Assembly (NCBI GenBank): GCA_046563655.1
Contig: CM102285.1
Location: 6,820,001-6,884,000 of the forward strand
DNA: 64,000 nt
Direction: 5' to 3'
Origin: Yuukianura sp. NJ FZ-2021
Taxonomy: Eukaryota
Part shown: in pieces, positions 1-12,556 of the stretch
How the letters are laid out: every line of letters begins with the position of its first letter
Position numbering within the stretch: the stretch's first letter is position 1
Program-made: the position numbers and the translations under genes
The notes under the pieces: generated by a model
Told to the model about the DNA's origin: nothing
Database searches by the model: none
What the model saw: the letters and a program-made list of their open reading frames with translations, nothing else

Positions 1-340
1 TGATAAACCACAAGGGGGACGGACACAGTAGTTCTCGATACACTTGAAGGATTTCACGGTTTACTGGAAGCGAAGCGGGTTCCTGGAAATCTTGATCGTG
101 ACGCTCATTGAAGTGGTGGTCCAACTCGTCTTGGGAGAAGAATACAGCAAAGCACACACAACACTCGAAATTCGCCAACTTGCCACAAGGTAACTGACGA
201 AAGTCATCGTCATGGCAACTAACGTGTATTGTCAAGTCTTTTTTCTTATAGAACTTCACCCCACATATAGGGCACTCGTGATTTCTAACACAAATTTGCT
301 TTGAGGAGCTAGCAACTGGTGACGCTGACCGTTTTGACAT
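1..340 (-). CDS. C2H2 zinc-finger protein, 5' part (runs off the window start)
   Basis: Manual translation from ATG at 340 gives MSKRSASPVASSSKQICVRNHECPICGVKFYKKKDLTIHVSCH...FECCVCFAVFFSQDELDHHFNERH, which contains two C2H2 fingers. The frame is open to base 1, so the ORF track misses it. Confidence 0.7.
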   Translation of the reverse strand, partial: MSKRSASPVASSSKQICVRNHECPICGVKFYKKKDLTIHVSCHDDDFRQLPCGKLANFECCVCFAVFFSQDELDHHFNERHDQDFQEPASLPVNREILQVYRELLCPSPLWFI

Positions 341-1010
341 TTTGAATTTAATACTATTGAATTAAGGTCGAAATTCGACTGTGTTGGAAGAAGGACAAGT
401 TTGGACTGAGTCCCTTGTTTGAAGAACATTTCATATGTATATGTTAAAGATTGCGCGTGTAAAAACTCTGCATATTTTCGTTCTGTTTTGTCAAATCGCC
501 TCGGGTGTTGGAAATTCCAATCTCAAAATACTCTCAAAAAGGAGGGGGAGACTGTCCACGTCTAAAACTATGTATCGCAGTCACATTCAGTTCATCATAG
601 CAATAAGAATCCATGTGGTTTTTCATCCTCCTCCAATATCGCGCGCAACGTATTAGGTTAACTGATCATACGTTCATATTTTTAAAGAAAAACTTATTAG
701 TTTTGTTTGGTCTTTTTATTATACAAAATCATCTCAATTAACTTAATCTAAATAATAACTATATTTTTCATACATTTTGTTTTTTATTTATTATCTTATT
801 GAAATTAAAATTAAGTGATTGACTTTTTCATTGTCAACATTTTTCGTCGACTATTTTCTTGTTAACATTTTGTATTTTATAATTTATTGGGGAGTGGGGA
901 TTTCTATAGGCTGAGAATATTTTTAGGTTTTTTCCCCTCCCCAATATTGTGCCCGACTAGCCCCCGCGGCTGAGCTAAAAATAAATTGAGCAAAGTCACC
1001 CTCGAACACT

Positions 1011-1990
1011 CTACTGAGTCGAATAGGTGTTATCAGGAAATGATGAACAGCGGGAAACATCGTCGTTGGTAGCACGAACTGGTGAAAAGTTGGAAGCGGT
1101 TTCATTGGTACCAGGAACTGATGAGAAATTAGAAACGGCTTCATTGGTAGCACGAACAAATGAAAAGTTGGAAGCGGCTTCATTGGTAGTAGCAACTGAT
1201 GAAAAGTTGGAAGCGGCATCTTTGGCAGTAGGAACTGATGAAAAAGTTGGAAGCGGCATCTTTGGCAGTAGGAACTGATGAAGAGTTATAAGCGGCTTCA
1301 TTGTTAGCACGAACTGATGGAAAGTTGGAAACGGCTTCATTTGCAGTAGGAACTGATGAAAAGTTGGAGACTGGTTCATTGTTTGCAGGAACTGGTGAAA
1401 AGCTTTGAGTCGAATAGTTGGTAGCAGGAACTGATGAGCAGTTGGCACTGTCTTCATTGGTAGCATGAACTGATGAAAAGTTGGAAGCGGCTTCATTGGT
1501 AGCAGGAACTGATGAAAAGTTGGAAACGGCTTCATTTGCAGTAGGAACTGATGAAAAGTTGGAGACTGGTTCATTGTTTGCAGGAACTGGTGAAAAGCTT
1601 TGAGTCGAATAGTTGGTAGCAGGAACTGATGAGCAGTTGGCACTGTCTTCATTGGTAGCATGAACTGATGAAAAGTTGGAAGCGGCTTCATTGGTAGCAG
1701 GAACTGATGAAAAGTTGGAAACGGCTTCATTGTTACCACGATCGGATGAAAAATTGGAGTCGTATTCATTGATAGCACGAAAGGATGAAAAGTTGGAAGC
1801 ATCTTCATTGATAGCACGAGCTGATGAAAAGTTGGAAACGTCTTCATTGGCAACAGGAACTGATGAAAAGTCGGAAACGTCTTCATTGGCAGCAGGCACT
1901 GATGAAAAGTGGGAAGCGTCTTCATTGCTAGCACGAACTGATGAAAAGTTGGAATTGGCGTCATTGGTAGCAGGAACTGACGAATGGCTA
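1011..1990 (-). repeat. 39-bp minisatellite (~25 units) inside a Ser/Asn/Ala-rich ORF (1180..2115)
   Basis: The unit is approximately GAACTGATGAAAAGTTGGAAGCGGCTTCATTGGTAGCAG, encoding NFSSVPATNEAAS on the minus strand. There is a 195-bp (5-unit) higher-order duplication at ~1331 and ~1526, and an extra A near 1241 shifts the frame. Confidence 0.9.
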
Positions 1991-2403
1991 GAAGTGGCTT
2001 TGTTGCTTGTTTGAACAGAAGCACCGGAATCGAAGTGATTTGATGTTGTAGAAGTAGGCATGGTAATGGAAATTGATTTCATTTTACTTCGATTTCTTAA
2101 TTTTCGTCGCGTCATAATTGTTGGTATGGAGATGAGGTGAAGGTAGAATGTAGTTGTTGAAAACTTTGGAAATGTTGAAGGAGCGAAGGTGACTGGGTGT
2201 CCAAGTGACGAAACAGGTCCTCAAAGGCCGAATTGGTCACGAAATTTTGTGAAACTTATCACAAGTTGATCAGTGCACCTAGTTCTGTCAGATGATATGA
2301 GCAAAAGGTAGATAGTTAACTAAGTAAAGCCTAAAAAAACTGGAAAATGCGGAGCGAATTTTTCGTGGCGAACAAAAATTTTTTTTTCACGAAGTTTAGG
2401 TTA

Positions 2404-2882
2404 AGGGTCTTGTATTACTAATTATGGCCCTAACCAAAAATTGCCATATCTCGCGTATTTTCGCTATAAAAGCCGAGCGATATAAGAGTTCACGACTGCC
2501 TCGTTTGGGCATTCTGATTTTTTAAATTTTGAATTTTTCTGAGTACCGGTGTTGCCCGCCTGATATATTCCTATAGCCTCAAATTTTTATCAACGTTTTT
2601 CCGTTGCACTCAAGTTGACAAATAGAAAGGGTCTTATATTACTAATTATGGCCCTAACCAAAAATTGATATATCTCGCGTATTTTCCCTATAAAAGCCGA
2701 GCGATATAAGAGTTCACGACTGCCTCGTTTGAGCATTCTGATTTTTTAAATTTTGAATTTTTCTGAGTACCGGTGTTGCCCGCCTGATATATTCCTATAG
2801 CCTCAAATTTTTATCAACGTTTTTCCGTTGCACTCAAGTTGACAAATAGAATGGGTCTTGTATTACTAATTATGGCCCTAAC
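2404..2882. repeat. 224-bp tandem repeat, first block (~2 units)
   Basis: The landmark CCCTAACCAAA occurs at 2428, 2652 and 2876 (period 224). Confidence 0.95.
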
Positions 2883-3882
2883 CAAACAAGGTAGGGCAAT
2901 GCTCAAGGGTTGAGCACAGGTCTTCTGGAGGGAGTTGACAATTGATGCGACTTAAACCGGCCTGCCTCAAAACTGTAGAAGAACTGAGAAACCGTTTTCA
3001 TGTAGCGGATGTACCAAAACGTCGCTCAAAATTTTCAGCGCGGATTTGAGGTCCTCTTTTGTGCATGCGTTGCACCAAAACTGGATCGCCAACGGCACTA
3101 AAATCATGTTCCGGTTTTGCGCCCCAAAATATTTGCACTAAATTGATGTTCTTAATTTGTTGAGCAGGATGCACATAATGTATTATCGGTGTTGCCGTGG
3201 CAATGTACTTATTAGCGAAAAGAGCGTGAACCAAACGGCGTCAAAATAATGATATCGAAATTTAGCTTTGTGCATCATGCACAAAATTGAACGCTGAGGA
3301 GGATGAGTCGAATATCCTTTCTTTTAAATCAAAATTGGTTCATGTAAATGCACAACTCAACGTTTATGTATAGTTGTTGGTCATAAGTGTGCATCATGCA
3401 TGCACAAAAATGAATCGCTGGCTCGAGGGGTCGGATATCGCTTTTGAAAATCGAAACTATAAAAATTTCTAGTAAATGCAACTTTGACCCCTGTTGTGCA
3501 CCATTCACATATTACACATTTAAGCCGGATTTTCTACCCTCTGATCAGTCTTAATTTAACAACGTAATTAAACATACTGCCAGAAAATGACCAGATCAAA
3601 ACTCCGTTGTTTGTATATATTTTGAGTGCAATCGAAACCAAAACAGAAATTTTGCCGAGCCACGATACTGCGGGTACGTAAAGTAGCCGCCTGCTTCTAC
3701 GTTGTTAATTTAACACTTTGAGTGGAATATAGACCTACTGAAAACACTTGAGGCAAACATAACCCCCCGAACAGAAGAGGGCTTATGTTTCAGTGCAAAG
3801 AGTTCTAAAAAATGAACACACAGACAAAGTCGTATCAATAGTCTTCTTCAGCACGTCGTAGACGTGCGTCTCCAGAAGACTA
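2883..3882 (+). mobile_element. ~1-kb non-autonomous Helentron/DINE-1-like segment, copy 1
   Basis: It ends in ACACACAGACA followed by the stem-loop TAGTCTTC...GCACGTC-GTA-GACGTGC...GAAGACTA (3839-3882). Homologous copies lie at ~5680-6630, ~7255-8375 and ~55605-56023. Confidence 0.7.
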
Positions 3883-5675
3883 AAATTGCCATATCTCGCG
3901 TATTTTCGCTATAAAAGCCGAGCGATATAAGAGTTCACGACTGCCTCGTTTGAGCATTCTGATTTTTTAAATTTTAAATTTTTCTGAGTACCGGTGTTGC
4001 CCGCCTGATATATTCCTATAGCCTCAAATTTTTATCAACGTTTTTCCGTTGCACTCAAGTTGACAAATAGAAAGGGTCTTATATTACTAATTATGGCCCT
4101 AACCAAAAATTGCCATATCTCGCGTATTTTCGCTATAAAAGCCGAGCGATATAAGAGTTCACGACTGCCTCGTTTGAGCATTCTGATTTTTTAAATTTTA
4201 AATTTTTCTGAGTACCGGTGTTGCCCGCCTGATATATTCCTATAGCCTCAAATTTTTATCAACGTTTTTCCGTTGCACTCAAGTTGACAAATAGAAAGGG
4301 TCTTATATTACTAATTATGGCCCTAACCAAAAATTGCTATATCTCGCGAATTTTCGCTATAAAAGCCGAGCGATATAAGAGTTCACGACTGCCTCGTTTG
4401 AGCATTCTGATTTTTTAAATTTTAAATTTTTCTGAGTACCGGTGTTGCCCGCCTGATATATTCCTATAGCCTCAAATTTTTATCAACGTTTTTCCGTTGC
4501 ACTCAAGTTGACAAATAGAAAGGGTCTTATATTACTAATTATGGCCCTAACCAAAAATTGCCATATCTCGCGTATTTTCGCTATAAAAGAATAGCGATAT
4601 AAGAGTTCACGACTGCCTCGTTTGAGCATTCTGATTTTTTAAATTTTGAATTTTTCTGACTACCGGTGTTGCCCGCCTGATATATTCCTATAGCCTCAAA
4701 TTTTTATCAACGTTTTTCCGTTGCACTCAAGTTGACAAATAGAAAGGGTCTTATATTACTAATTATGGCCCTAACCAAAAATTGCCATATCTCGCGTATT
4801 TTCGGTATAAAAGCCGAGCGATATAAGAGTTCACGACTGCCTCGTTTGAGCATTCTGATTTTTTAAATTTTGAATTTTTCTGAGTACCGGTGTTGCCCGC
4901 CTGATATATTCCTATAGCCTCAAATTTTTATCAACGTTTTTCCGTTGCACTCAAGTTGACAAATAGAAAGGGTCTTATATTACTAATTATGGCCCTAACC
5001 AAAAATTGCCATATCTCGCGTATTTTCGCTATAAAAGCCTAGCGATATAAGAGTTCACGACTGCCTCGTTTGAGCATTCTGATTTTTTAAATTTTGAATT
5101 TTTCTGACTACCGGTATTGCCCGCCTGATATATTCCTATAGCCTCAAATTTTTATCAACGTTTTTCCGTTGCACTCAAGTTGACAAATAGAAAGGGTCTT
5201 ATATTACTAATTATGGCCCTAACCAAAAATTGCCATATCTCGCGTATTTTCGCTATAAAAGCCGAGCGATATAAGAGTTCACGACTGCCTCGTTTGAGCA
5301 TTCTGATTTTTTAAATTTTGAATTTTTCTGAGTACCGGTGTTGCCCGCCTGATATATTCCTATAGCCTCAAATTTTTATCAACGTTTTTCCGTTGCACTC
5401 AAGTTGACATATAGAAAGGGCCTTATATTACTAATTATGGCCCTAACCAAAAATTGCCATATCTCGCGTATTTTCCCTATAATAGCCGAGCGATATAAGA
5501 GTTCACGACTGCCTCGTTTGAGCATTCTGATTTTTTAAATTTTGAATTTTTCTGAGTACCGGTGTTGCCCGCCTGATATATTCCTATAGCCTCAAATTTT
5601 TATCAACGTTTTTCCGTTGCACTCAAGTTGACAAATAGAATGGGTCTTGTATTACTAATTATGGCCCTAACCAAA
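3883..5675. repeat. 224-bp tandem repeat, main block (~8 near-identical units)
   Basis: The same landmark occurs at 4097, 4321, 4545, 4769, 4993, 5217, 5441 and 5665. Confidence 0.95.
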
Positions 5676-5679
5676 CAAG

Positions 5680-6630
5680 GTAGGGCGGCCCTAACCAAAC
5701 AAGGTAGGGCGATGCTCAAGGGTTGAGCATATGTCTTCTGGAGGGAGTTGACAATTGATACGGCTTTTAGACCGCTGTCCGCAAACCCGTTGAAGAAAAA
5801 CGTTAAGAAACCGTTTTCACGAGATTTATCCTACGAAACATCGCTCATACTTTTCAGTGCAGATGTGGGGCCTTCTGTGCACAATTGCACCAAAATGGTA
5901 AAAAACCGTTTGCATCAAAATGTTGTTCAACTTTGAACAGTTTTCACTCTCTTCAAAATTATTTTGCTGCACAATTGTTCCCAAATATGCACAGATTTTG
6001 ACATCACAACGTCCATTACCCAGCGTCAAAATAACTGCACAATTTTACATTGATGTGCGATAAGTGTGCAACATGCACAAAATTGAACGTTGTGGAAAGG
6101 GTGTCGCATATCGCTTCTTTAGAATTAAAATCGGTTCAAATAAATGCACCATGTATTGTTAAGTGCATAAGTTATAGGCTCGAATATCGCCTGTTAAAAT
6201 TGAAATTATAAAAATTTCTAAATACAAAATTGATACCTGTTATGCACTATTCAGATATTAAACATTTAAGCCGGATTTTCTACCCTCTGATCAGTCTTAA
6301 TTTAACAACGTAATTAAACAAACTGCCAGAAAATGATCAGATCAAAACTCCGTTGTTTATAAATACTTTGATTGCAATCGAAACCAAAACAGTTTTGCCG
6401 AGCCACGATACTGCGGGTACGTAAAGTAGCCGCCCACTTTTACGTTGTTAATGTACGACTTTGAGTCCAATGTAGACCTACTGAAAACTCTTGAGCCATA
6501 CATAACCCCCCGTCAATAATGGGGCTAATGTTTCAGTGGAAAGGGTACTAAAAAACGTTACAGACAGACAGACAAAGTCGTATCAATAGTCTTCTTCAGC
6601 ACGTCGTAGACGTGCGTCTCCAGAAGACTA
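5680..6630 (+). mobile_element. ~1-kb Helentron/DINE-1-like segment, copy 2
   Basis: Diverged copy of 2883-3882, with a (CAGA)n tract at ~6560-6574 and an identical terminal hairpin at 6587-6630. Confidence 0.7.
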
Positions 6631-6684
6631 AAATTGCCATATCTCGCGAATTTTCGCTATAAGATTTCGTAGAAATGAAGTATT

Positions 6685-7134
6685 TCACGGGTACCAAATG
6701 GCCCGTTTTTTGAGAGCGGAGTAGCGGTGGTCGAAGTACCGCGCACATGTGATTGGATCTCGTTGAATCAACAGTGCTTTCTCAGAAGTGGACAACTCTT
6801 GGGCTTCCTGTTCAGAAATTTCAACGCCATCTAGAATTTTCTTTAACAGTACAAGCAATTCGTTCCATTTCAACTCGGCAGCGCTGATTGTTACAAATAG
6901 TGTGGCAATTCCGAAGGTACGGATCATGGCTCGAACTTTATTTCCCTCGTTCTTCCAGTGAGTTCCCGCGTTTCGAATTCCAGCCAATACCTTGTAAGCA
7001 TTATCATCTCGAATGAGGCCATCGACATAGTACTGGTGAAGCACTTGTCCTGCTGTGGGAACAATGAGCTCTCCGTTCAGCCTTCGCTTCCTAAGGTGGA
7101 TGTTTCTGTTGCTTGTAATCCTTGAAATCTCCAT
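6685..7134 (-). mobile_element. Helitron/Helentron Rep (Helitron_like_N-type) fragment
   Basis: The peptide AMIRTFGIATLFVTISAAELKWNELL...LIQRDPITCARYFDHRY matches the conserved Helitron Rep N-terminal signature. It interrupts a 224-bp unit, which resumes at ~7149. Confidence 0.8.
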
Positions 7135-7254
7135 ATATACATAATATTTGTTGCCCGCCTGATATATTCCAATAGCCTCAAATTTTTATCAACGTTTTTC
7201 CGTTGCACTCAAGTTGACAAATAGAAAGGGTCTTGTATTACTAATTATGGCCCT

Positions 7255-8375
7255 AACCAAACAAGGTAGGGCAATGCTCAAGGGTTGAGCATTGGTCTTC
7301 TGGAGGGAGTTGGCAATTGATACGGCTTTTGACCGGCTGTCCGCAAACCCGTTCAAGAAAAACGTTAAGAAACCGTTTTCACGTGATTTATGCAACGAAA
7401 CGCCACTCATAATTTTCAGTGCAGATGTGGGGCCTTCTTGTGCACAATTGCACCAACATGTGAAAAAACCGTTTGCATAAAAATGTTGTGCAACTTGAGC
7501 TCTGAACAGTTTTCATTCTCTTCAAAATTATTTTGATGCACAATATTTTGGCATCGATTTGTTCTAAAGCGTGTACAAGATTAGAATACCCTTAAATCGG
7601 TTCATGTAACTGCACAAGTGTTCGGACGTAACCACCATTCTAAAAGATGTATGTGCAGCTGTTCATTGTTAACGATGTGCAATTTGTTCTTTATCATGCA
7701 CAAAGCTTCAATTGTGTGCATAATGCACAAAATTGAGCGTTGAGAGTAGCGGTTGAATATCATTTCCTTAAAATCAAAAGTTGTTTTTAAATCAATTGTG
7801 CATGTAAATGCACAATTTTACATTGATGTGCAATAAGTGTGCAACATGCACAAAGTTGAACGTAGAAGAAAGAATGTCGAATATCGTTTCTTAAAATCAG
7901 AATCGGTTCAAGTAAATGCACCATGTGTTATTAAGTGCATAAGCTGTGGAGTCGAACATCGCTTGTTCAAAATGAAAATTACAAAAATTTCTTGCAAAGG
8001 CAAATTTGAACCCTGCCAACAACTGTTTACGTATTAAGAATTTAAGCCGGAATTTCTACCCTCTTACTAGGTTTAATTTAACAACGTAATTAAACTAGCT
8101 GTCAGAAAATGACCAGATCAAAACTTCGTTCTTAAAAAATATTTTGAGTATAATGCAGACCTAACACAAAAATTTTGAGGACTTAAGAAGCAGGTACGTA
8201 ATGTGGCCGGCAATTCTTACGTTGTTAATTTATGTCTTTGAGTAGAATGTAGACCTACTAAAAACATTTGTGCTGTACATGAGCCCCCAAACAGAATGGG
8301 GCTTAAGTTTTAGTGCAAAGAGTTCTAAAAAATCAGACGGACGGACAAAGTCGTATCAATAGTCTTCTTCAGCAC
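7255..8375 (+). mobile_element. ~1-kb Helentron/DINE-1-like segment, copy 3 (3' hairpin truncated)
   Basis: It has the same start (ACAAGGTAGGGCAATGCTCAAGGG) and the same end (GACGGACGGACAAAGTCGTATCAATAGTCTTCTTCAGCAC), cut off at ~8375. Confidence 0.65.
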
Positions 8376-8831
8376 TTGGTTTTCGCTAAACCTGCCATTG
8401 GAAGCGGTTAAACTACTCGCTTGATATGATTCCTTTTGAACACAGCATGACATCATTGTTTTGCCATGTTGATACTGCTCAAAAAATCTTTATGAAATAA
8501 TATTATTAATTGGAACGCCCTAAAACTTGATTAATTAAACTAAAACTGAATTCACCAATTCAGGAGTTTGAAATATTCAAACGTTATTCTGGGCTAACGG
8601 CGTTCCTGGGAATATTATGCATGTTCCTGGGAATATTATGCATGTACACGACATATAAAAAGACAAACAGTCACTCATGTACTTTGTCTGTGTACTACGG
8701 TAAGAAGAAATAACTTCCTATACAACCTGGTGAAAAGGAAATTTTGAAGTATTTTTGATTGAAATTAATTCGACAGAATTTTGCGAGAAAATGTCAACAA
8801 ATGTGTTAGATTTTCTAATGTCACCGGATAA

Positions 8832-8892
8832 TATTATTCCGAATGGCCAAACTACTGCTAAGTTAGCAGTAGTTTGGCCATTCGGAATAATA
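8832..8892. repeat. Perfect palindrome, 30-bp arms with a 1-nt spacer
   Basis: TATTATTCCGAATGGCCAAACTACTGCTAA-G-TTAGCAGTAGTTTGGCCATTCGGAATAATA. Confidence 0.95.
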
Positions 8893-9533
8893 GCAGTTAG
8901 CAGTGCTAACTTAATTAAACTATCCTTTAGTTGTAAACAGTACAAAAAATAATAGAAAGAAAAACTTTCAGGATTCTATTCACGATTGTTAAAGTCTTGT
9001 TTGAGAAAAAAATTTTGCGTTTTCATTCGTTTTTTTTTATATAAATTTGGGCTGAAAGTTGTGCAACCACAGTGCAATTCAAAGACAAAAATTCATAATT
9101 TTTCAGAAAATCAAACCAATGGTTTCAAAGGATTTTTCCAGAGAAAACTTCTTAACCCTTGTCAATTGTAAAATGTGCATGCAGTTCCAAAACCAAGTTC
9201 TGACATATTTTTTTACTGATTGTGAGTCGCTGTTAAGAAAAGCTAACGTTAAAATTGAAATGTTGCGTTTGGTATGGTGTTGGGATAAAAAACGTAAAAA
9301 TTCTAACTGTTTTTTAGTTAAAATCATAATTTACAGTACTCAAACGTGGTTTAAAATCTTTATTAGACATTTTTATGAAGTTTAGGCGTGTTATTGAATT
9401 ACATTCATTATTTAACTTGTCAAAGATGCTCCTTGAAAATAATGAGTTAAAAATCAGAAAAAAAAGAAAAAAAGAATTAGTTGCTACCCGAACTGTGAAG
9501 GACACAAAGTTGTGGCTTGCGAACAACTAAGAA

Positions 9534-11190
9534 ATGGCACTGAATGGGTAACTACTTTTGACAAAATATTTGATAATGAAGTAAGACTTTATGGAGTGAA
9601 ATTTTAATTTTACTAAACTTTCTAATGTTTAATTTAAATCACTCAGGGGAAAAAGGAACTCAATAGTGTGTGAGCCGGATGTAACCATAAAGCTATTGGA
9701 AAAGAATAAATCCATTTCGGTTATTCAAATTGTCCGAGACGATTTAAATGACAAACGGCATGTCAAGGAACCTAAAGCATTTAGATATAGCGGAATAATT
9801 TACGGGATCTTGGCTGGTATGAGAGCGCTTTTTTTTTAAATTTCTACAATCTAAAATAATATAACTTACTTTGCTAATTTTTGTAGCTATTATGTTCTCG
9901 GGAAGCTTGTTCGTTACAAAAATTTTGACTAAAAAGGACTACCATCCATTCAACATTGCTTGGTGGCGATACCTAGGAACAACGCTCGTAGCTCCCTTTT
10001 TCTTACTCTACTATTCAAAATTCAAAAAACCTAATCCGAATATCTTCAGCTCCATTTGGCCTCTAAATCCTTCAAAACTGAAAATAGTATTGTTGGTCAT
10101 CGTAAGATCGAAAATAGTTATTGCTTCCATGCCAACTACATTTACTGCTAAGAGGGCTAAATTTTTTTCAACTTTTGTAGGTTCGCAGTATGATTACTGC
10201 AACTGTTTCGACGCTCCAGATCATTTCGCTTAAGTATTTGTCGCAGGCTGACGCTGCTGCCATTTCGTATAGTACACCAATTGCCGTTGGAATTTTGGCG
10301 CGAATTTTTCTTCATGAACGTTTTGGCATTGTGAGCTTTCTTCTAGGAGTTTTAGCTTTTCTTGGAGTGTGCGTCTGAGCAAGACCGCCGTTGCTTACTG
10401 GGCAAGCAGCCTTTGACGTGGGAAATTTGGTAAAAAAAAAATTTTTTTTCGAAATTTATTTTGAACGTTTCAAATTTTAAATTTGAACAATCCCTAGATT
10501 GGAGTAGGGTTTGCCTTCAGTACCATGTTGGGCATATCAAGTATCTTCGTGATCACAAGAAAACTTAAAACAGTTCATTTTACAATACTTCTGACGGCAA
10601 TAGGATATGTCAGTACTGTGATTTGTGCAACTCTTGCAACTGGATTTCAAGTCATAGACATTCCGCACTCAATCGACGATTGCTTGCTGGCAATTACAAG
10701 TGCTGCCCTGTTCTGTACCGCCCATTTGTGCATTGTGGCTGCTCTCCAGCTTGAAGGTGCTGGACTCATCTCGCTCGTCAGAACTGGAGATGTCGTAAGG
10801 AACTTTTTGTTTATATAAAAACATAAACAGGGATTAAAAAAAATGCTAAAAACTTATTATGCTTTAATGTAGTATTATCAATACAAAATGAACATAGATA
10901 TCACATAGTATATTACACAAACACCATTGATTCATATTTCGGTTGTTTTTTTCAAGGTTTTTGCCTTTCTTTGGCAAATGATAGTCGGAGTGTACCCAGA
11001 TATTTTTAGGTAACTCGAAACAGAGTCAAAATTGTTAAGAGTTACATTTAAATCGTTATAATTTTTTCACAGTTTGGTCGGCGGAGCAATAGTGATCTTC
11101 GCGATCACTTCGAGTGCGCTTTTAAAATGGATTGAGACACTTCCAAAAGAAGATACGAGGCGACGGAATTTGCGCCTCTGTTTAAAATAA
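9534..11190 (+). pseudogene. SLC35G/EamA (DMT superfamily) transporter gene with one in-frame TGA
   Basis: GT-AG exons at approximately 9534-9547, 9647-9817, 9887-10101, 10180-10429, 10498-10794, 10957-11009 and 11073-11190. Motifs include LKYLSQADAAAISYSTPIAVGILARIFLHERFG, ALQLEGAGLISLVRTGDVVFAFLWQ and YPDIFSLVGGAIV. A TGA at 10376-10378 falls in GVCV*ARPP. The first exon is tentative. Confidence 0.8.
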
Positions 11191-12556
11191 TTAACTTTTC
11201 AAAGTATAATAAAAATTATTAGAATGTAAATTGAATACATATTATGGAGCGCCCTATTTGAAACACTTGTTTACTCTAATATGTTCCATACACCCGTGAA
11301 TCCGAATACAACTTCCAAAACTAACTCTTTTTGCCAATGTTTTCAACGTCGACGTGTTTGTATTGGAGTTTTCGTTTATAGCAATTGCGATAAACGAAAG
11401 TGAATCATTTAGTTAAATTCAAAATTTTGTAAACATCGCTTTGGTCCGTAGTCAACTCCTTTTGATCATAGATTAATGGGCACATGAATTTATCCCCGTT
11501 TATATATGGTCTACATCGATTAAGACTCATGCATATACGCTTGGATTTCACAATTTTGAGTGGATTTAACTCGACCGTTGACACTATGTGGGTTTCTACG
11601 ATTCAACAAGAGTTTCCAAATTATAACAATATACGCATGTCGAATTTATGAATTTGGTTCATGTTAGGAAGTACTACACAGGATTTTTATTTTTAATAGT
11701 ATGAAGGTTTTTACAGTTCCACACACTTAAATCACCATTAAGAAAGAATCACACATGGCAACGGGGTGTCTCGTTTCGCCTCAAATTAATTAACTTTAAC
11801 GTCTAATTAGAATTCACAGGTATATCGTAGAAATGTGTACAAGGGCTCTAAAAATTCGTCATTATCTGTAGAATACATAGCATTGAACCGAACTTGAATT
11901 TTAGTTGTAAAGTGATACTAAAAATTGAATACAAGGTTCAATTTTTTCTACGCGTCGAATGATACCAAAATTCGGGAATTTGGTCAAGGCGACTTAAGCG
12001 CCATGGTCTGTCGGATTTTTAGACACCTCAAACACATTTCTAGGTCTTATAATGAACATCTAATTAGCAAAAGTAGATGAAATTCTATAGTAATTTGCAA
12101 ATTAGCAAAAGTCGGCACTGAAATTAGCCGTCTCCATGGGAACACGTTGATTGTTGAGCCCCAGATTATTTGAAACGTTGTACTCTGAAAAACTTTGATT
12201 CGTCAACCATTCAAAACAGTGCCGACTTGTGCACGTTTGAGCAGTGATTTTGCTTGGTTACTAACGGCAATGACTGACACCAAATCGTAAACAAACGCTG
12301 CCTCTTACCCGTGCACGAAGGTAACTTCCGGGAATCTAAGAAACAGATTCCGGATTTTAATTTGATGAATATAATAATAAAATCTGAAACATGTTAGGAT
12401 ATGAACTCTGAGTGTAACTATAATTGTAAATATACCGTTGCTCGTCGCTCTAGCTGCGACAATTTAAAAATAAAAAGCAAAACCGCATTTTAGCCGACTG
12501 GAAAAAGTAGTTGATATTATTTAGTTAGTCATCGTTGAATGCCACACAGCAAAATC

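Noticed and set aside
1011..2024. 337-aa MKPxPTFHQFLL repeat protein as a separate gene
   Set aside because: It is an alternative frame of the 39-bp minisatellite and has a non-ATG start.
2428..2436. Telomere-like CCCTAACC within the 224-bp unit
   Set aside because: It occurs once per unit and is not a tandem telomeric tract.
2404..5675. CRISPR array
   Set aside because: The units are contiguous 224-bp near-identical repeats with no unique spacers and no cas genes, in a eukaryotic context.
8718..8952. Two antiparallel ORFs sharing a peptide
   Set aside because: This is an artefact of the perfect palindrome at 8832-8892.
10376..10378. Selenocysteine or programmed readthrough at the in-frame TGA
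   Set aside because: The position aligns with a hydrophobic TM residue (GV.LIARPP-type motif) rather than Cys, and I saw no SECIS. A nonsense change or sequencing error is simpler.
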